Notes under the pieces: generated by a model
What the model was told of the DNA's origin: nothing
The model's input: only the letters and a program-made list of their open reading frames with translations
Databases searched by the model: none
Shown: positions 22,738 through 29,987 of the stretch, one piece after another
Numbering within the stretch: the stretch's first letter is position 1
How the letters are laid out: every line of letters begins with the position of its first letter
Position numbers and translations under genes: made by a program
Origin: Tubiluchus corallicola
Taxonomy: Eukaryota > Animalia > Priapulida
DNA: 29,987 nucleotides
Direction of reading: 5' to 3'
NCBI GenBank assembly: GCA_030141605.1
Contig: JAQGDQ010001676.1
Span: forward strand, 1 to 29,987

Positions 22738-23077
22738 TGATTAACTGATGCCACCAGTTTATGCACCACAATTGCGAACGCATTTCCTGTTGTTAGAAGC
22801 AGTTAATGGAAACCACCGAACTCCACACGATTATCAGTACAGCGGGAGCTTTCAGTTGATTACGCAAACACACGCAGGACATCCAACCACTTGACCAAAG
22901 CAGCTGTCCAAAGTCATTGACCACTGATGTCACAATGTCATTGGCCACTGATGTCACAACAGACGAACAACAGCAGTAGCACTAGTAGCAGTCGTTGACG
23001 AAACATCTACCAACGCTCTCTGTCACAAAACAGTTCAGTTTTTCTCCACAAATAACAACCTGCTGTCATTAAACAAG

Positions 23078-23290
23078 ATGTTCTGCAGCATCACGAGTCT
23101 GCTGACTGGTATTTTAATTCTTTTGTACCAAACACGCGAAGCGTTTGCCACTTGTGAGGTGAACAAGCTGAATTACTGCAGAGATATCTACAATGCTAAC
23201 AACATCACCATTCAACTTCCTAATGCATTTGGACAAGAGACACAAGAAGAAATCATTACAAGAGCAAAACAGTTTCATCCTTTAGTACAG
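23078..23290 (+). CDS. Secreted Frizzled-CRD protein, exon 1 (signal peptide and start of CRD)
   Basis: MFCSITSLLTGILILLYQTREAFA signal-like leader, then C..C..LPNAFGQETQEE...F.PLVQ; CAG|GTAAG donor, phase 0. Confidence 0.88.
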
Positions 23291-23405
23291 GTAAGCTGTT
23301 GACTTTTGAGAAATCAAGTAACGCAAATTAATTGATAATGATAATTAGACTTCTAATTAAGCGAAGAAAAACTTTTAAGATGTATTATTAATTTTGAAAA
23401 TAAGA

Positions 23406-24160
23406 CAATCTAATGTAATCTAACCTAACGTAGTCCAATCTAATCTAACCTAACCTGATCTGACCTAATCTAATCTAATCCAATCTAATCTAATCTAATC
23501 TAATCTAATCTAATCTAATCTAATCTAATCTAATCTAATCTAATCTAATCTAATCTAATCTAATCTAATCTAACCTAATCTAATCTAATCTAATCTAATC
23601 TAATCTAATCTAATCTAATCTAATCTATCTGATCTAATCCAATCCAATCCAATCCAATCCAATCCAATCGAATTGAATCTACTCCATAATCTAATCTAAT
23701 CTAATCTAATCTAATCTAATCTAATCTAATCCAATCTAATCTAATCTAATCTAATCTAATCTAATCTAATCTAATCTAATCTAATCTAATCTAATCTAAT
23801 CTAATCTATTCTAATCTAATCTAATCTGATCTGATCTGATCTGATCTGATCTAATCCAATCCAATCCAATCCAATCTAATCGAATCAAATTGAATCTACT
23901 CCAATGAATCTTATCTAATCTAATCTAATCTAATCTAATCTAATCTAATCTAATCTAATCTAATCTAATCTAATCTAATAAATCTAATCTAATCTGATCT
24001 AAGCTAATCTAATCTATTCCAATAAATCCAATCTATTCTAATCTATTCCAATAAATCTAATCTAATCTAATCCAATAAATCTAATCTATTCTAATCTATT
24101 CCAATAAATCTAATCTATTCTAATCTAATCTAACCTAATCTAATCTAATCTAATCTGTTC
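23406..24160. repeat. (CTAAT)n pentanucleotide satellite with CCAAT/CTGAT variants
   Basis: Long TAATC run with higher-order duplicated variant blocks. Confidence 0.97.
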
Positions 24161-24492
24161 CAATTTTTGTTGATTATATAAAATCAGGGAAAAAGTCAAG
24201 AAGAGATTTCATTGAAAGAATCTAAGAAATCACGAATATTAACTTGCTATATAAGAGAAAAATCTTAGTGTGTTTCTCCACTACCAACAAACTCTGTTTT
24301 AAAAACGGCTATAAAAACAACCTAAATTTAACCCGTTTATTGTTTTGCTATGTATTAAAGCCTGCAGGTCTAATAAAATATGATTTATTTAAATCAAATT
24401 ATATGTATAAAAAAGTTCGATTATGGTTCGGTTTTCTTATAAGATGTCTCTGCAAAGTACTTCATGTGGTTTAGCTAACTAATACTATTTAG

Positions 24493-24706
24493 GTTGGATG
24501 CAGTCCAATGTTAGCACCGCTACTCTGTTCAGCATTCTTGCCTCCGTGCAATGAGGGGGGTCTCATCATTGGACCCTGTCCGGGTATATGTGAGGATGCC
24601 AGAGACGGTTGTAATCAACTTATTGCTTCATTTGGCTACGACTGGCCAGAACGACTGGACTGCTCTAGATGGCAGAGGCCAGAATCTGGCAGCATCTGCT
24701 TTGATG
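24493..24706 (+). CDS. Secreted Frizzled-CRD protein, exon 2 (rest of CRD)
   Basis: VGCSPMLAPLLCSAFLPPC...PCPGICEDARDGCNQLIASFGYDWPERLDCSRW...C; with exon 1 gives all 10 CRD cysteines; phase 0-1. Confidence 0.92.
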
Positions 24707-24728
24707 GTAAGTGTTTTGATGAGAGGAA

Positions 24729-24750
24729 TCTCTCGCTCTGTCCCCTCCCC

Positions 24751-24793
<43 letters not shown>

Positions 24794-24982
24794 CTTCTCT
24801 CTCCCTCCCTCCCTCCTGCTCACTCTCTCCCTCTCTCTCTTTCTGTGTCTCCCTATCTCCCTCTCACTCTCTCCTCTCTCTCTTTCTGTGACTCTCTCTC
24901 TCCCTCCCTCTCTCTCTGCTGTTGCTTAGCCTCTAAATCTCTTTGTTTCTCTGTCTTTCCTGTTTTCACTAAATTTCCTCTC

Positions 24983-25033
<51 letters not shown>

Positions 25034-25245
25034 TCAGTCTTCTCTCTCCTTCCCTCCCCCCTCTCTCTCTCTCCTCTCTCTCCCCCTCTCTCTCTTTCTC
25101 TCCCTCCCTCTCTCTCTGCTGTTGCTTAGCCCCTAAATCTCTTTGTTTCTCTGTCTTTCCTGTTTTTACTAAATTTCCTCCCAGCCTTTCCCCCTCTTCC
25201 CCTCTCTCTTTCTCTCCCTCTTTCTCCTACCTTCATCTCTCTTTT
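24729..25245. repeat. (CT)n / polypyrimidine tract with an internal duplication of about 80 bp
   Basis: CT runs; gctgttgcttagcc.ctaaatctctttgtttctctg... occurs at about 24918 and about 25118. Confidence 0.95.
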
Positions 25246-25778
25246 GGTCCTCACATCTGTCTCTGTTATGTGACTAGGTTCGGCACCATGTCTCAATGAT
25301 GACATTGATAAAGTGCAGGCCTAAATTTTTTAATAAAAATTAAATTAAGTCTAATCAAATGATATCACATGTAGTCTTGTAGTATATCTTCACTAAAATA
25401 AATGTAACTTGACATTCATGTGTATTTTGTATGTGAACAAAATTTCTCCCATATTACCAGATATGTAGCAATCTATGTAATGAACATTGTATAAGACAAA
25501 GAGAATCCACAGACTATTAGACCACACTGGTCATTCTTTGTTGTATGTTGTATTTTTCAACAATTTTCCTGTAGACTGTACTTATTTAAATGTAATACAT
25601 AAACTTCGTTTGCACAAAAAAGATTTAAAAGACTAAAAGAAATATAAATGCAAGTATTTTAGGTTTCTTAGTTCTTTTTTACCAGTAACAACTGCATTCA
25701 AATTAATCAGCAATGATTAATGATTTCATTTCATCATTAACTATTGAATGAAGATTGATTTTGAAATGGCTTCAATAG

Positions 25779-25931
25779 GTGACAGATTCGTCAGGTGGAT
25801 GACCACTGGTGACGATGATGATGATGAGAATGCAAAATCTGATGAAGATGACAACGAATCTGATGACGAGGATGTAAATTCTGACGAAGAAGAACATATG
25901 GCTGTCACAAGTTATACAGCTAACAACGATG
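25779..25931 (+). CDS. Frizzled-CRD protein, probable exon 3 (Asp/Glu-rich linker)
   Basis: 153 bp, phase 1-1, tag acceptor and G|GTAAGT donor; GDRFVRWMTTGDDDDDENAKSDEDDNESDDEDVNSDEEEH... Confidence 0.7.
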
Positions 25932-26220
<289 letters not shown>

Positions 26221-26608
26221 TGATTAGTTTATCACCATTTTCAAAATAGCAAAATGCATAATTAAGTGATTTATAAATCTGTACAACATACAATAATATT
26301 ACAAAGTGCAAAAGTAATTATTGTTTAGTGGTGAAAGGATGGCGAAAGAACTATAAGTTATGGAGGTCAGCCACCCTCTCAGGATTGTTACTATTATAAT
26401 TAATTAGTTAATGCGCATTTACCAGGTAATTAAAAATTATCAGATTTCGCATTTAAGACGAATGAAAATTGAATTATTATACGAATGTGTTAGTTTATAA
26501 CAAAATAATGTTCAATAATGGGAAAGAAGAGACACACGTGACTATCTTTAAATAATAATTTAAATAATTTAACCATTGCGTATGATGATGCTGTCACAAC
26601 TATGATAG

Positions 26609-26804
26609 AAAGTTCTACGGAAGCAATGGTAGTTGAGGACGTGACAGAAGGTGATGAATCATCAACACCCGAAGATTCTGCAAACACAAGACCATGTGCT
26701 GGCTTCCTTCAAAGAAGATTGTTCATCACAGACAACGGACTGCGTGGTTACTTTGCAGGTTGGGTGGATGTGCAGAGTCGTGGAATGGCAAATGACTACT
26801 GCAG
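26609..26804 (+). CDS. Frizzled-CRD protein, probable exon 4 (linker and first DYCR repeat)
   Basis: Phase 1-2 (acceptor weak); ...RPCAGFLQRRLFITDNGLRGYFAGWVDVQSRGMANDYCR; AG|GTAGGT donor. Confidence 0.7.
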
Positions 26805-27561
26805 GTAGGTACCTACTTCATTAACCTTTAGTCTAGAAGCAACAGGTACAGTCCTTCAGAAAACTGTATAAACAGGCAGAACATTTAAAGAAAGATGAGA
26901 AATGTGGTATGTTGTTAGCTTTAGAAATAAAAAAAATATTGTGTATTAATCATATCAATTTTTAACAATTTTTTAATTAGGTATTATACTAAAAAACAGC
27001 TAATCTTTCGCCCATTACTTTTCTTCTGCCTTTCGAAGAATTTTTTTCGAGAGATTGGGAAACAAACTCTAATCAAGTTCTGAATGGCAAGTCCACTCAA
27101 CGTAATTGGTTCTATCTCGTTATCAAGGATAATCTTTTACGGTGAGGCACTGGATGCACAGAAGCGTCTTTACCTTGTCTGAATGCCGTCACGTAAACTT
27201 CGAGATGTAGAAAATTTCTACCTTCACTAAAATATGCAGAATTTTGAGGAGGGATAGCTGTAATTTAAATTATTGTCGCGCAAAGTCAAATTCACTTGAA
27301 AATGAACATTAATATTGTCCACTATAACTTCATATCTTTTGACATTGCGATCAATAAATATCACTATCAAAATTATGCTTAACCATTGAAAAATATCAAG
27401 GCCTTCTTAATTTGAATTTGGTACCATTATTTGCATTGAAGATTAAACTTCAATCTTAAGCTTCAAATTAAAACTTTCTAAATTGAATTTGGTACCATTA
27501 TTAAACTTCAATGCATCTGTCTGTTAGTGATCCAATTACTAACCATCACGTTTCATCACAG

Positions 27562-27723
27562 AATAATAGTACGTAACCGGATGCTGGTGCTATCTTGTGC
27601 TCTGGGAGGTCACGGATGGCACAGTGAGAATTACTACACATCGGGGGAGGGTTTTGATACCGGCATTCCTGGAACATGGTTCATGAGAGACATGGACGGT
27701 GATGGTCGCGATGATTACTGCAG
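27562..27723 (+). CDS. Frizzled-CRD protein, probable exon 5 (second DYCR / DxDGDGRDD repeat)
   Basis: 162 bp, phase 2-2; IIVRNRMLVLSCALGGHGWHSENYYTSGEGFDTGIPGTWFMRDMDGDGRDDYCR, with an FG-GAP/VCBS-like Ca-binding loop. Confidence 0.75.
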
Positions 27724-28293
27724 GTAAAAGAATTTGAATTGAATTGAATTTAGTGACTGACAGAGATAAAGCGTATTAATAATGAATATCGTGAATAAAT
27801 AATGTGAAAACCAGTCTAGCTATAATGGTGCTATAAAGATTCATTATGTAAATGTTAGCAGAGTAATATAGCAGTCAGGATATGCTTCAGCTGGTTTCCG
27901 GGGTTAACAGGACCTTCAGCATGACAGCGCAGTAGTTACATTAGCAGCCTAAGAATGCGACTAAAATGGCTTTACAGGATAGAGCATTAATAGAAGCATG
28001 CTGAAGAATCATTAGCAATGATTAGCTAGTTACTGTCAAAGCAGGTAAAGTACTAAACACAAAGGTATGTTAATTAACAATGGTTAATTAGTATCTACAT
28101 CTGGGCATCAGTATCACTCCAATCAACAAAGAAAAATACCACTTCACTTCAAGTTTTATTGCAGTATCATTGCAGTAACCACCACACTACGGAGGCATGC
28201 TACTTTTGAAGCACTGCAGTTTGATTTGATTTCATTTGATTCAATTCTTTATTTCAAAACGATAATTTGAATAAATATTTAATAATTTTACAG

Positions 28294-28402
28294 GCACCAT
28301 GCGGCTATTCGTAAAGTGCGTGCGGACAAACTGAGAGAGATCCGTGCGGGGGTGGACGGATTCATGGTGTTCGATCTGGGATTAGTTGAACCAATGCAAG
28401 AG
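28294..28402 (+). CDS. MLS: Malate synthase internal exon
   Basis: ttttacag acceptor, GAG|GTAAGT donor, phase 2-0; HHAAIRKVRADKLREIRAGVDGFMVFDLGLVEPMQE matches malate synthase KVRADKLRE..AGxDG. Confidence 0.85.
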
Positions 28403-28484
28403 GTAAGTGCCGTTTTACTAGTAATGCACAAACGTTTGTCGCATAAAATACATTCTATAAGTCCAAATGATGCTAATAATTTCC

Positions 28485-28720
28485 TAATAATGATGATGAT
28501 GATGATGGCGATGACTACGATAATGATGAAGATGATGATGGTGGTGATGATGATGATGTTGATAATGATGATGATGATGGTGGTGATGACTACATGATGA
28601 TGATGATGATTATGATGTTGATAATGATGAAGACGACAATGATGATGACGACGATTATGATGATGATGATAATGATGACAACAACAATGATGATGATGAT
28701 GATAGCGACGACTACGATAA
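28485..28720. repeat. Degenerate (GAT)n trinucleotide repeat
   Basis: Visible directly; source of spurious poly-Met/His ORFs. Confidence 0.95.
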
Positions 28721-29759
28721 CTCCAGGAGGTCTCCCGGAGGTGCAAAATTTTTCTAATTTAGACGTATCGCTTTTGAGCGTCTATCCGATTGAGTTGTAG
28801 TAACACAGAAAAACCGATTGAAAAGAACAAAAGAAGAACCGTAGTCAATTCGAAAGCAGGAAGCGTTCATTTAAAAGATTTATTCATTTGAGTTAAACAG
28901 TTACCAATTGACATAGCAGTCTCAATTACAACTGACATAGTAAATTACAATATGTTGGCAAAGGAGTTACACAACCCGTACTACCTAGCATTGCAACCAC
29001 GAAAATTATTATCATGGCATCTTACATGCTAACTAGTTTTTTGAAGGAGCAAATATTGGGTAGTGTTTTTCATTGCTTAGGATTCATAACGCTGACATGT
29101 CACCTCAGTCAAACTGTTTGGATATTAAATTTTTGTAGCAATTCATGGCAGTTCATTGAACAAAATAACCAGTCTTACACACAAATCACAAAAAATACAT
29201 CAGTAGTCCATGTTTGCATCATGCAATTTTTAGTTAACCTAAAATCTAATATTTTTAGGCATTTAGGTATTTTAACCAAGCAGAATTTGAGCAAAACTGC
29301 AGTTATTTAACTAGAGCTGATATATTTGTTATTGTGTTATCCACTCTTATAGTATAAGAAAAGAGAAATTTAAGTTTATACTAGGCAGTGTATCATGGAC
29401 TTATTTATTGTGTTATGCAATAAAAACTTATTTGAAGCATTCATTAATTTATAGTTGAATAACGTTGTAAACAGAATCAATGGTAAATTTTAGGCCCATC
29501 TAATCATATAGTGTACTCATTCTACTGCACTATTAAATCTATAATTTCACCTTTTGATTGTAATGATGATAAATAAACTTATTATTATTAAACAATTAAC
29601 ATTATTAACTAGTTAACTTATTATACTTGTACTGATTTTTTTGTATAATAATAATGTTGGACATTGTTATTTTGGTTTTTATTATTTCACAGCAGCACTG
29701 ACGACTAAACGTCCTGACCTGCATGCTAAAACCTTGTATTTGTTTATGTATTCGTGTGA

Positions 29760-29976
29760 ACATCATCATCATCATTATCATCACCATTGGCATTGTCATC
29801 ATTACCATCATCATCATCATCATCATTGTCGTCATCATCATTATCATCATCATTGTCGTCGTCATCATCATCATCATTATCATCACCATTGTCATTGTCA
29901 TCGTTACCATCATCATCATCATCATCATTGTCGTCATCATCATTTCATCATTATCATCGTTATCATCATCATCATT
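29760..29976. repeat. Degenerate (CAT)n trinucleotide repeat
   Basis: Visible directly; source of spurious poly-Ile/Met ORFs. Confidence 0.95.
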
Positions 29977-29987
29977 GTAGTCGCCGC

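Noticed and set aside
22493-22783. 96-aa ORF with FQLS/FSAK repeats
   Set aside because: Translation of the 21-bp minisatellite.
23406-24160. (CTAAT)n as interstitial telomere
   Set aside because: Unit is TTAGA, not TTAGG or TTAGGG, apart from a few CCTAA variants.
28403-29980. Poly-Met, poly-His and poly-Ile ORFs
   Set aside because: Translations of (GAT)n/(CAT)n repeats; only 28294-28402 is supported as coding.

Overview
AT-rich, intron- and microsatellite-rich animal (invertebrate-like) nuclear DNA; most short ORFs in the track are not real genes. Minus strand: the 5' end of a fatty acid synthase (or FAS-like PKS) gene, with four coding exons (6585-6665, 5783-5912, 4098-4250, 353-526) for the N-terminal ketosynthase region, a probable non-coding first exon, and a compact promoter (TATA, SRE-like site, inverted CCAAT, palindromic E-box). 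Also on minus: a 921-aa orphan ORF with about 25 tandem 15-aa repeats, preceded by a hydrophobic uORF, and the last two exons of a malate synthase. Plus strand: a five-exon gene for a secreted protein (signal peptide, complete 10-Cys Frizzled CRD, acidic linker, two 'DYCR' repeats), followed by an internal malate synthase exon that is phase-compatible with it but lies opposite in orientation to the other malate synthase exons. Repeats include a satellite apparently amplified from the 3' tail of an RTE-like retroposon (a single copy sits inverted 19 kb away), two palindromic elements built from back-to-back tRNA-like heads, several minisatellites and microsatellites.
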